Positions 47,735 to 55,547 of a stretch of DNA of 64,000 nt are shown here, piece by piece (the first letter of the stretch is position 1; every line of letters begins with the position of its first letter). Made by a program: the position numbers and the translations under genes. The notes under the pieces were generated by a model. The model did not search any database. It had not been told where the DNA came from and worked only from the letters and a program-made list of their open reading frames with translations. The stretch comes from an uncultured Desulfobacterales bacterium (GTDB lineage: Bacteria; Desulfobacterota; Dissulfuribacteria; Dissulfuribacterales; QOAL01): NCBI GenBank assembly GCA_964573615.1, contig CAZNKD010000009.1, positions 37,327 through 101,326 on the forward strand, in the 5' to 3' direction.

Positions 47735-48571
47735 CTAATCTTTGCTCAGGATTGCCTCAACGGCCTCTCTGCCGCCAGTAAAGACCTCCTCCTTTGAGGG
47801 GAATTCCCCGGCCCTTACTTCTTCCACGAATTTTCCCACAGCAGACTTTATCTCTGGTGCAAGGTTCAGATAGCGCCTCACAAATTTGGGTGTGAACTTC
47901 TCATACAACCCGATCATGTCGTTGGTCACCAGGACCTGCCCATCGCAATATGCCCCAGCGCCGATACCGATGGTGGGTATTTTCACCCTATCCGTTATGA
48001 GCTGGGCCAATTCCTCAGGTATGCACTCAAGGACTATGGAAAATGCCCCCGCCTCGGCAACGGCAACGGCATCCTCATAGATCCTTCTGGCCTGCTCCAC
48101 ATCCCTGCCCTGCACCTTGAAGCCGCCGAGGGCAGTGGCGGTCTGAGGGGTCAGACCCACATGGCCCATGACAGGGATGCCGGCTTCGGTAAGGGCCTCG
48201 ACAACCGGGGCAATGGCCACCCCGCCCTCCATCTTTACAGCATCCACTCCCCCCTCTTTCAGGAAGCGGCCCGCATTTTCAAGGGCCTGCTCCCTGCTGA
48301 CCTGATAGGACATAAAGGGCATATCACCCACCACCAGGGCACTCTTCACCCCTCTGGCAACCGCAGCACAGTGATGGAGCATATCCTCCATGGTGACAGG
48401 CACTGTCGAATCATAACCCAGGACCACCATTCCCAGGGAGTCGCCCACCAAGATTATGTCCACTCCGGCAGAATCTATCAGGGAGGCCATGCTGAAATCG
48501 TATGCCGTCAGCATGGTCACCGCAGGGCCGGTACCTTTTCTGTTCCGTATCTCTACTGGGGTTACAGCCAT
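47735..48571 (-). CDS. panB: 3-methyl-2-oxobutanoate hydroxymethyltransferase
   Basis: MLTAYD and VGDSLGMV motifs. The start is trimmed to MAVTPVEI (AAGGAG upstream) because the track's 49-codon extension runs into rnpB. Confidence 0.92.
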   Translation of the reverse strand: MAVTPVEIRNRKGTGPAVTMLTAYDFSMASLIDSAGVDIILVGDSLGMVVLGYDSTVPVTMEDMLHHCAAVARGVKSALVVGDMPFMSYQVSREQALENAGRFLKEGGVDAVKMEGGVAIAPVVEALTEAGIPVMGHVGLTPQTATALGGFKVQGRDVEQARRIYEDAVAVAEAGAFSIVLECIPEELAQLITDRVKIPTIGIGAGAYCDGQVLVTNDMIGLYEKFTPKFVRRYLNLAPEIKSAVGKFVEEVRAGEFPSKEEVFTGGREAVEAILSKD

Positions 48572-48649
48572 AATGGATCTCCTTAGGGCTGATCTGTAAG
48601 GCCTTGCCGGCAGGCTCCATTTTCTAGCCTTTGCAGCAGGACATAAAAA

Positions 48650-49032
48650 AGACCTGACGAGAGGGCCTGTAAGCCGGGTTCTGTACCCTGGCATCCGACC
48701 AGGGTGGTGGCCATTCATCTGGGATGCCGGTTGCCCGACACCTCAAGCGATCTACCCGGAGGCATCGGACGGGCCGCCCTCAAACGCCTCCCTATTTGAT
48801 CTTGCTCCAGGTGGGGTTTACCAAGCTTACAGGGTCGCCCCTGTAACTGGTGAGCTCTTACCTCACCTTTTCACCCTTACCCTGCCTACCGGCAGGGCGG
48901 TCTGTTTTCTGTGGCACTTTCCCTAGGGTCACCCCCGGTCCGCGTTACGGACCACCTTGCCCTTCGGAGCCCGGACTTTCCTCCCTTCAGGCTGAAACTG
49001 AAGGGCGGCCACCCAGCCCTCTGCATCAGGCG
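48650..49032 (-). ncRNA. rnpB: RNase P RNA, bacterial type A
   Basis: The minus strand carries GGAGGAAAGTCCGGGCTCC, AGGGTGAAAAGGTGAGGTAAGAGCTCACC, CCGGGTAGATCGCTTGAGG, CCAGATGAATGGCC and ACAGAACCCGGCTTAC in the canonical order. The 5' and 3' ends pair as P1. Ends are within about 10 nt. Confidence 0.93.
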
Positions 49033-49103
49033 AAAACAATATAAGCATCAGGCCAAGACGGGGCAAGAAAGCCGCGGCCAGGACGAGCTGCCCAGTCTTG
49101 TGG

Positions 49104-49814
49104 CTACTGGTTCTTCAGGGCATAGATTATGCGCTGGCACGACGGACAAAAGAGGAGCTTTTCATCCCGCAGGAGCTCGTTGTACATCTGGGGAGGTATG
49201 TTCATATTGCAGGCACTGCAAATTCCGTCATCAACAGCGGCGACCACGACTCCCTGCCTTTTGTCTGCAAGAAAACGGTAACGGGCCATGAGATCGGGTT
49301 TTACCTCCTTGGCCACCTCTTCCCGTTCACTGGTCAGGGCATCTATCTTCTTCTGGAGGTCCTTGCTCACCTTGTCGATGTGCTTCTTCTCCGCCGCCGC
49401 CTCCTTCTGGTCTGCGGCTATCTCCTCTTCAAGCTCCTTGATCTGGGCCTTTAGAACCTCCATCTCCTCCTCGAGCTGGAGGATCTCGTCTTCCCGCTCC
49501 TTGTTGGCCTTCTTTATCTCCTCGATCTCCTTCTGGACAGCCTGATATTCACGGGCATTTTTGATGGCAGTCATCTTCTGCTGGGACTTTTTGAGCCTCT
49601 CTGTCTCAAGCTCCAGCTCATCCTCAACTTCTGTCTTTCTGGTCCGCAGATCGGCTAGCTTGTCCTTGAGCTGGGCGATCTCGCTCTGCTTCTCGGCGAT
49701 ACGCTCCTCAATGGCATTGAGCCTTGCTGGAAGCTCCTGCCTTTCGCCCTTGATCTTCCTTATCTCGAGATCTATCCCCTGAAGCCTGATAAGAATGGAA
49801 AGTTCCGGTCTCAT
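49104..49814 (-). CDS. COG1579/DUF164 coiled-coil protein with C-terminal C4 zinc ribbon
   Basis: Long coiled coil followed by CSACNMNIP...CPSCQRI. Classic position between nif3 and rnpB. Confidence 0.85.
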   Translation of the reverse strand: MRPELSILIRLQGIDLEIRKIKGERQELPARLNAIEERIAEKQSEIAQLKDKLADLRTRKTEVEDELELETERLKKSQQKMTAIKNAREYQAVQKEIEEIKKANKEREDEILQLEEEMEVLKAQIKELEEEIAADQKEAAAEKKHIDKVSKDLQKKIDALTSEREEVAKEVKPDLMARYRFLADKRQGVVVAAVDDGICSACNMNIPPQMYNELLRDEKLLFCPSCQRIIYALKNQ

Positions 49815-49913
49815 TAATCCCCTCTTCTTGTCTATTTATTGAGATTTAGCTATCGCTGCTGTCAGCAAAAAGGCAATCCCATCCATATAAAACTTCCAAA
49901 CGACGCATCAAGA

Positions 49914-50735
49914 TCATCCGTTTCCAAAGGCCCCAAAAGGCCTGAGAGGCGGACGCTCGGCACCGAATATCTCCACCTGAAACCCGAGCCCTTCCCCCTG
50001 CCCTTCCAGGAAGGCGGCAAGCTCCGAGACCACGGGATACTCGGTGTGGAAGTGACCTGCATCCACCACAAGGACCCCGGCCTCTTCGGCCAGACGGGCA
50101 ATGCTATGCTTCACCTCTCCGGTGACAAAGGCATCCACACCTGCATCAAGGGCGGCCTCAAAAAGGGAAGAGCCAGAGCCGCCACACAGCCCTACCGCAT
50201 GCACCTCTATATCCAAGGGGCCGGCATAGAAAAGCGACGGATTATCAAGCAGATGTGAAACATTTTTCAAGAACTGCCCTGCATCTGTCGGCCCCTTAAG
50301 CACCCCGATCCTTCCAAGCCCGACTCCATCGTCACCACTGCCTGGATTGGGCAGCAATGGCCTTGTGTCATCGAGGCCAAGGCGCTTGGCCAAGATATCG
50401 TTCACACCGCCTAAGGCAGCATCCAGATTGGTATGCATGGAGATGATAGAGATGCCATAGCGTAAAAAACCCGCCAGGAGGCGGGTATGTGGAGTGCTCA
50501 AATCTATCTTTCTGAGTGGCGAGAAGATGGCAGGATGGTGTGTCACCACAAGGTCTGCCCCCGCACCCCTGGCAAACTCCAGGAGGGGGCCTGTGATGTC
50601 CAGGGCCACCACCACCTTTTTTACCTCTTGAAAGGGGTCTCCCACCTGAAATCCGCAGTTGTCCCACTCTTCTGCAAATTCCAGCGGTGCCCATGACTCG
50701 AGGAGGGCTATGACATCCTTTACAGTAGCAGGCAT
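49914..50735 (-). CDS. Nif3-like dinuclear metal centre protein (YbgI/YqfO family)
   Basis: VVTHHP...HTNLD and the C-terminal GHFHTE pattern. Confidence 0.9.
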   Translation of the reverse strand: MPATVKDVIALLESWAPLEFAEEWDNCGFQVGDPFQEVKKVVVALDITGPLLEFARGAGADLVVTHHPAIFSPLRKIDLSTPHTRLLAGFLRYGISIISMHTNLDAALGGVNDILAKRLGLDDTRPLLPNPGSGDDGVGLGRIGVLKGPTDAGQFLKNVSHLLDNPSLFYAGPLDIEVHAVGLCGGSGSSLFEAALDAGVDAFVTGEVKHSIARLAEEAGVLVVDAGHFHTEYPVVSELAAFLEGQGEGLGFQVEIFGAERPPLRPFGAFGNG

Positions 50736-50749
50736 CCAGGCCTCAGAGC

Positions 50750-50784
50750 ATTAAAAAGGGTGCAATCGCAATGTTGCACCCTTT
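50750..50784 (-). terminator. Rho-independent terminator downstream of tRNA(CAU)
   Basis: The minus strand reads AAAGGGTGCAA-cattgcga-TTGCACCCTTTTTAA, a stem of 8-11 bp followed by a T-run. Confidence 0.6.
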
Positions 50785-50857
50785 CCAGATGATCTCTCTT
50801 TTCGTAAAAGCGTTCTCTTTTTTCTTATGGACTCGCCCATTACCTATCAATCTTGAT

Positions 50858-50931
50858 TGGGCCCACCAGGATTCGAACCTGGGACCAACCGGTTATGAGC
50901 CGGTGGCTCTGACCAACTGAGCTATGGGCCC
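50858..50931 (-). tRNA. tRNA with CAU anticodon (elongator type; probably tRNA-Ile2/lysidine, alternatively tRNA-Met). CCA not encoded.
   Basis: The minus strand reads GGGCCCATAGCTCAGTTGGTCAGAGCCACCGGCTCATAACCGGTTGGTCCCAGGTTCGAATCCTGGTGGGCCCA. The cloverleaf is perfect. The 1:72 pair is G:C, so it is not an initiator. The C4:G69/C5:G68 pairs and the variable loop resemble tRNA-Ile2. Confidence 0.9.
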
Positions 50932-51125
50932 TGAATTGGAGTTGTCAATATAAAAAGCATAACTCAATTGTCAAGTTATGACCAGCAAGCCAGAGGCAAG
51001 AGTTGACTACCGCCCATCCGGTGCTTACCTGCTTTTTTAAGGCCTGCTGTTGAGGCCCGAGCGCAGGGCGGTGCCGCAACTTGTCCGCCCTGGCAAAAGA
51101 CCAGTGCACAAGCAACTTGTTCGTT

Positions 51126-51155
51126 GGCCATACTACACAAGCCCATACTACACAA
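51126..51155 (+). repeat. Tandem direct repeat, 15-nt unit x2 (GGCCATACTACACAA / GCCCATACTACACAA), abutting the Shine-Dalgarno of the next gene
   Basis: Read directly and anchored on the ATG at 51168. 14 of 15 positions are identical. Confidence 0.8.
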
Positions 51156-51167
51156 GGAGGAAGGACA

Positions 51168-51509
51168 ATGGCAGAGAAAAAGCTGGAAAAGGCCAAGTGG
51201 GAAGAGTATTTCAACAATCTCTCCAAGCGTCTCAAGGAGGAGAAGGCAGAGGTCGAGGTGGAGGCATTCGGGGTATTCGATCACATAGAGGCAGAGTGGC
51301 TGCCAATAGTGGGCATATCGTATGATCCCAAGGACGACATCTTCTCCATCTATATGGAGAACGAAAAGGGCGACAATCTCGATCACATAATCCACACCCC
51401 TGAGGAGGTGGATCTCGAATTCCAGGGCGACAAGCTAAAGGCGGTGGAGATAATGGGTGGAGATGGAGGAAAGACGGTCATAAAATTCAAAGAGGCCATT
51501 GCCGTCTGA
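51168..51509 (+). CDS. Small conserved hypothetical protein (DUF5335-like), 113 aa
   Basis: GGAGGAAGG SD upstream of the ATG at 51168. The track ORF starts 29 codons earlier at a TTG. The family call comes from pattern memory (W..YF...S......V.VE....pl.GISYD) and is tentative. Confidence 0.65.
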   Translation: MAEKKLEKAKWEEYFNNLSKRLKEEKAEVEVEAFGVFDHIEAEWLPIVGISYDPKDDIFSIYMENEKGDNLDHIIHTPEEVDLEFQGDKLKAVEIMGGDGGKTVIKFKEAIAV

Positions 51510-51600
51510 TCCTATCGGTTCTACCCGACACATAAACGAAGAGGATGGAAAGGGGCTTGCTGCCCTCTTTTTGGCAGCCAGCCTCTTTTTTCACCCCATC

Positions 51601-52401
51601 TCAACTGATGAGGCCCAAATCCGACAGGAACCTTTCTCTTAGCCCCTCCTTTTTCGAAAGACACTCCTGGGCAGTGATAGAGGCCCCTCTGATACCCCCA
51701 TTTAGTGCTATCTCAGACAGGTAACACTCTCCTTCAGGTGTCAACAGCAGATCGATATGGGCATATGGAAAGCCTCCTTGCCCCATGGCCTTGCGGCATA
51801 GCTCCTCATGCCCTCGCCCCAGGCTGAAAGGACGGCTCTGTCCACCAAAATGCATATTGTTCCTGAAGCTGAAGGCGCTGCTCCTTTCATAGGCCTCCAT
51901 ATAGTCCCCGATGACGATCACCCTCACATCCCTTGCCCCTTTTATGAAGGGCTGGAGGACAAAGGGATAGATCCGCCTGGTGTCAGAGCCGGCCACCCTT
52001 TCAAGCCAGCTCACATGGCTGAAGAGATCCTCTGTGGAGCCCCAGAGGCTGATCCCTATTCCGCAGTCCCCCCTGTCATGCTTTGTGATCACCTCGCCTA
52101 TCCCTGCCTCCTGTAGCATGCCCATGGCCTGGATGAGATCGCGCCGGGCCTGGATGACAAAGGTGTGCGGGACCATGAGATGGCCCAGGACCAGGGCCTG
52201 AAGCGCCTTGGACCTGGTCATGAGCTGGGAAGAGATGGAGGGAAAGAAGATCACCCCCCGCTCTGCCAGGATCGACATGAGCAGTTCATCGGCAGGCCCC
52301 AGGGCCGGAACGACAGCCACCACATCCCCCCTTCCGAGATGGGCCCCTTGTGTCTTGAACTGTACGGAAGAGGTGATGAGACAGGGCCGGTGCTCTTTCA
52401 T
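51601..52401 (-). CDS. RimK-type ATP-grasp ligase, short (266 aa)
   Basis: ITKHDRGDCGIGISLW, LQPFIKGARDVRVIVIGD, NMHFGG and AHIDLLLTPEGECYLSEIALNGGIRG match the ATP-grasp core motifs of the RimK/LysX/CofF family. Confidence 0.8.
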   Translation of the reverse strand: MKEHRPCLITSSVQFKTQGAHLGRGDVVAVVPALGPADELLMSILAERGVIFFPSISSQLMTRSKALQALVLGHLMVPHTFVIQARRDLIQAMGMLQEAGIGEVITKHDRGDCGIGISLWGSTEDLFSHVSWLERVAGSDTRRIYPFVLQPFIKGARDVRVIVIGDYMEAYERSSAFSFRNNMHFGGQSRPFSLGRGHEELCRKAMGQGGFPYAHIDLLLTPEGECYLSEIALNGGIRGASITAQECLSKKEGLRERFLSDLGLIS

Positions 52402-52440
52402 CGGGGCGCTTTCAAGTGTGATCAGAAAGATAATGGGAAC

Positions 52441-52734
52441 CTAGAATATCATCTCGGCAAAGCGGCGATAGTGCTGGCTAAGGTCTGCATAACAGAGCCC
52501 GCAATAGAGCTTCACCTCGCCATTTATGGTGGAGTCGTCGCTCCGAGGCGTAAAGCTTCCGTCGCTGTTCTGCACATAGCTGGTGGTTATGGTCACATCG
52601 TGGGCAACCTCTATGAAATGGCGGTCGTTTCCACACTCTGGACAGGTCAGGTGCTTGCCGGAGTGCCAGCCCGCCTTGGGCATGGTGATATGTGTTGCAC
52701 GCTTTGGGGTGCTGGTCTCTTTCTTGTTTTTCAT
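52441..52734 (-). CDS. Small zinc-ribbon-like protein (97 aa; CPEC...CGLC)
   Basis: ORF 39 nt upstream of the ATP-grasp gene on the same strand, with two CxxC knuckles about 45 residues apart. No clear SD, so the start is uncertain (M1 or M18). Confidence 0.55.
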   Translation of the reverse strand: MKNKKETSTPKRATHITMPKAGWHSGKHLTCPECGNDRHFIEVAHDVTITTSYVQNSDGSFTPRSDDSTINGEVKLYCGLCYADLSQHYRRFAEMIF

Positions 52735-52975
52735 ATGGTTTACAAAAAATGGGCTTCCTTACTGTTTGAATCATAGTAAAACTATAGATCCGGTGATTTA
52801 CAAGGGGAAAATGGTGAAAATCATCGCTCTTGTCCTACGGCCTTTTCTGGACACTCCCTCCACAAGGGGAATAGACATTGATTCCTGTCAGGGTATAATT
52901 AAGATTTAGGGCCTTGTAAGGAGCCGGCTAACTGCCAAAAGGGCCCTTAAGCCATATCGATCAGACCTTGATGCC

Positions 52976-54049
52976 ATGTCTTCTAACAGGATGAACTCAG
53001 CCCCCAAGGGGGGAAGGAATGGAAAGGAGTCCTCATGCGAACAGCCAGAGGGCTATTCCGTAAAGTCGCTCAGAAGGCTCTCCAACAGGGAGCGCCTCAA
53101 GGCATTCCTCCACCTCTTCAAGCGCGACGACAGGGTGCTCGTGATCATAGTGGCCGATCCGGACTCCATGGGAAGCGCCTTTGCCATAAAAAGGCTCCTC
53201 AGCAGGCGGGTGACCGAGACGGTCATCGCCTACTCCAATCAGATCAAGCGGCTCAACAACATCGCCATGCGCGACATATTGAAGATCCCCATGCAGCCGC
53301 TACGGGGAACCAAGAGGGACGAGTTCACCAAATTCATACTGGTGGACTCCCAGCCGACACACAAGAAAGAGTTTGAAAACATCCCCTTCCATGCCGTCAT
53401 AGACCACCATCCCCTTTCGGAAGGGTGGCAGGCGCCCTTCATGGATATCCGCCCAGAGTATGGTGCGGTCTGCACCATGATGTCGGAGTACTTGAAGAGT
53501 GCAGGCATAAAACCCTCTGTGGCCCTTGCCACTGCGCTCTTCTATGGGATCAAGGTGGATACGAAGAACTTCACCCAGAAGGCCACTCCTCAGGATGTCT
53601 TCTGCTTCCAGAGCCTGTTCAAACGGATAAACCAGTACTGGCTCAGCAAGATAGAGAAGTCGGACATGAGAAAGAGCGAGCTCAAGTACTTCAGGATCGC
53701 CCTTTCCGAGATGAAGTTCCGGAAGAAAAGGATCTATGCCTATCTCGGCAGGGTCTCAAATCCGGATGTGCTGGTGCTCATAGCCGACTTTTTCACCCAT
53801 GTCCATGAGGTGGGCTGGGTCTTCATTGCGGGCCAGGTCGGAGAGAAGCTGGTGATCATCCTCAGGTGTGATGGCTACAAGAAGGATGCGGGAAAGCTGG
53901 CCAAGAACTTCCTGGCCAAGTTCGGACCTGCAGGTGGGCACAAACAGAGCGCACGGGCCGAGCTGCCCATAAAGAATCTGCCGGAGGACTTCAGGCAACA
54001 GTTCAGCACCGAGGCCCTCATAAAGCTCTTTGTAAAGCATCTAGACTGA
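52976..54049 (+). CDS. DHH/DHHA1 family phosphoesterase (NrnA-like)
   Basis: DPDSMGS, VIDHHP and GGHKQSA motifs. Confidence 0.85.
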   Translation: MSSNRMNSAPKGGRNGKESSCEQPEGYSVKSLRRLSNRERLKAFLHLFKRDDRVLVIIVADPDSMGSAFAIKRLLSRRVTETVIAYSNQIKRLNNIAMRDILKIPMQPLRGTKRDEFTKFILVDSQPTHKKEFENIPFHAVIDHHPLSEGWQAPFMDIRPEYGAVCTMMSEYLKSAGIKPSVALATALFYGIKVDTKNFTQKATPQDVFCFQSLFKRINQYWLSKIEKSDMRKSELKYFRIALSEMKFRKKRIYAYLGRVSNPDVLVLIADFFTHVHEVGWVFIAGQVGEKLVIILRCDGYKKDAGKLAKNFLAKFGPAGGHKQSARAELPIKNLPEDFRQQFSTEALIKLFVKHLD

Positions 54050-54111
54050 TGATCAACCCATTTGCAGGGCGATCGGATTTAAAAAAAACGAGGTGCATGG
54101 AAAAAGCATCT

Positions 54112-54143
54112 ATCAAGGATACTCTGGCGTCGGTATCCTTGAT
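54112..54143. repeat. Perfect 11-bp inverted repeat ATCAAGGATAC-N10-GTATCCTTGAT, followed by the palindrome TACAAATTGTA (54152-54162)
   Basis: Read directly and anchored on track ORF 54049..54246. There is no U-tract, so it is not a classic terminator. Confidence 0.7.
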
Positions 54144-54230
54144 CCAAATTATACAAATTGTACTTGGAAAAGAACTGTCTCTCGATATGTGGCCTGGATA
54201 TAGAGCCAGACACAGAGCAGGTGAAACAGT

Positions 54231-55487
54231 ATGCCTAAATGCGTAGCAATGATCCTTTCTGGCGGAAGGGTGGACGAGCTCGGGGTCCTCACCTTCTACA
54301 GGCCAAAGTCCACGGTGCCGTTTGGAGGACTCTACCGCTTCATAGACTTTCCTCTGAGCAACATGCTCTTTTCCGGCATAGACCGGGTCGGCATCCTGTG
54401 TCAGTACAGGGCCAAATCCCTGGTCGAGCATATCGGCACAGGGGCAGCATGGGACATGATAGGCCGGCACCGCGGCATCACCCTGCTGCCGCCTTTTCAG
54501 GGGCTCCATGCAGCAGACTGGTATCAGGGTACGGCAGACGCAGTATATCAAAATCTCGATTTCCTGGATGCCCACAAGCCCGATCTGGTCCTTGTGGTCT
54601 CAGGCGACCATGTCTACAGCATGGACTATCAGCGGCTCATAGAGTTTCACATGGACATGGATGCCGAGGTGACCGCTGCCTTCGTGAATGTGCCTATCGA
54701 GGGGAGCCACAGGTTCGGCCTTGGAAAGATCGCCCATGACGACGAAAGGGGCGGAAGGCTAATAGAGTATGCAGAGAAGCCTGAAAGGCCCATATCCTCC
54801 TGGGCCTCGATGACCGTCTATCTCTTCGACTATCAGGTACTCAAGCAGGCCTTGATCAGAAATGCCAGAGAGCTCTCCCATGAATTTGGAAGGGACATCT
54901 TCCCCATGCTCCTTCAGGAGGGCAGGAGGGTCTATGGCTACAAGTTCCAGGGCTATTGGGCATATTGCCGCACCCTGGATGAATACTGGAAGGCCAACAT
55001 GGATCTGCTGGGGCCGCACCCACGGCTCAACCTCGATACCTGGCGGCTGAGGACCAATCTGGACCACGAGGCCATACGGGACAGGGCGCCTGCACTCATT
55101 GCCACGCACCTTCGGGATGAAGGGCTTATATCGAACATCCGGGCCTACAACGGGGTCAAGATCGACGGGAAGGTGGAGGACTCCATACTCTTTCCTGGCG
55201 TCCACATTGCACCAGGGGCATATGTCAAGGACTCAATCCTCTTCTATGACACCCAGATAGGCCCAGGGGCCAGGGTGGAGCGCACCATCACGGACATAGG
55301 CACCAGTATTGGAAAGGAGGCGAGGGTCGGAAGGCCGGCCGGAGAGCTCACAGTGATAGGCATGGACAGCTCCATCCCCATGAAGGTGGAGATCGGCCAG
55401 GGCTGCATGGTATATCCAGGGCTTCAGGGAAAGGATTTCAAGGAATCGAGCTATCCAGATGGCACATCCATCGTCCCTGATCCTTGA
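54231..55487 (+). CDS. Glucose-1-phosphate adenylyltransferase family protein with a degenerate N-terminal Gly-rich loop (GlgC/GlgD-like)
   Basis: VAMILSGGRVDELGVLTFYRPKSTVPFGGLYRFIDFPLSNMLFSGI is collinear with GlgC, and the C-terminus is a left-handed beta-helix. The GGxGxRL signature reads GGRVDEL. Confidence 0.82.
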   Translation: MPKCVAMILSGGRVDELGVLTFYRPKSTVPFGGLYRFIDFPLSNMLFSGIDRVGILCQYRAKSLVEHIGTGAAWDMIGRHRGITLLPPFQGLHAADWYQGTADAVYQNLDFLDAHKPDLVLVVSGDHVYSMDYQRLIEFHMDMDAEVTAAFVNVPIEGSHRFGLGKIAHDDERGGRLIEYAEKPERPISSWASMTVYLFDYQVLKQALIRNARELSHEFGRDIFPMLLQEGRRVYGYKFQGYWAYCRTLDEYWKANMDLLGPHPRLNLDTWRLRTNLDHEAIRDRAPALIATHLRDEGLISNIRAYNGVKIDGKVEDSILFPGVHIAPGAYVKDSILFYDTQIGPGARVERTITDIGTSIGKEARVGRPAGELTVIGMDSSIPMKVEIGQGCMVYPGLQGKDFKESSYPDGTSIVPDP

Positions 55488-55547
55488 TGGAGATCTAGGA
55501 CGAGCAAGGCCCCGCCTGCATCATGATAGCGGAAGTCAAATGGGCAC

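Noticed and set aside
48850-49291. Two + strand ORFs (64 and 126 aa)
   Set aside because: They overlap the RNase P RNA gene and the 3' end of the COG1579 gene, and are artefacts of the structured GC-rich RNA gene.
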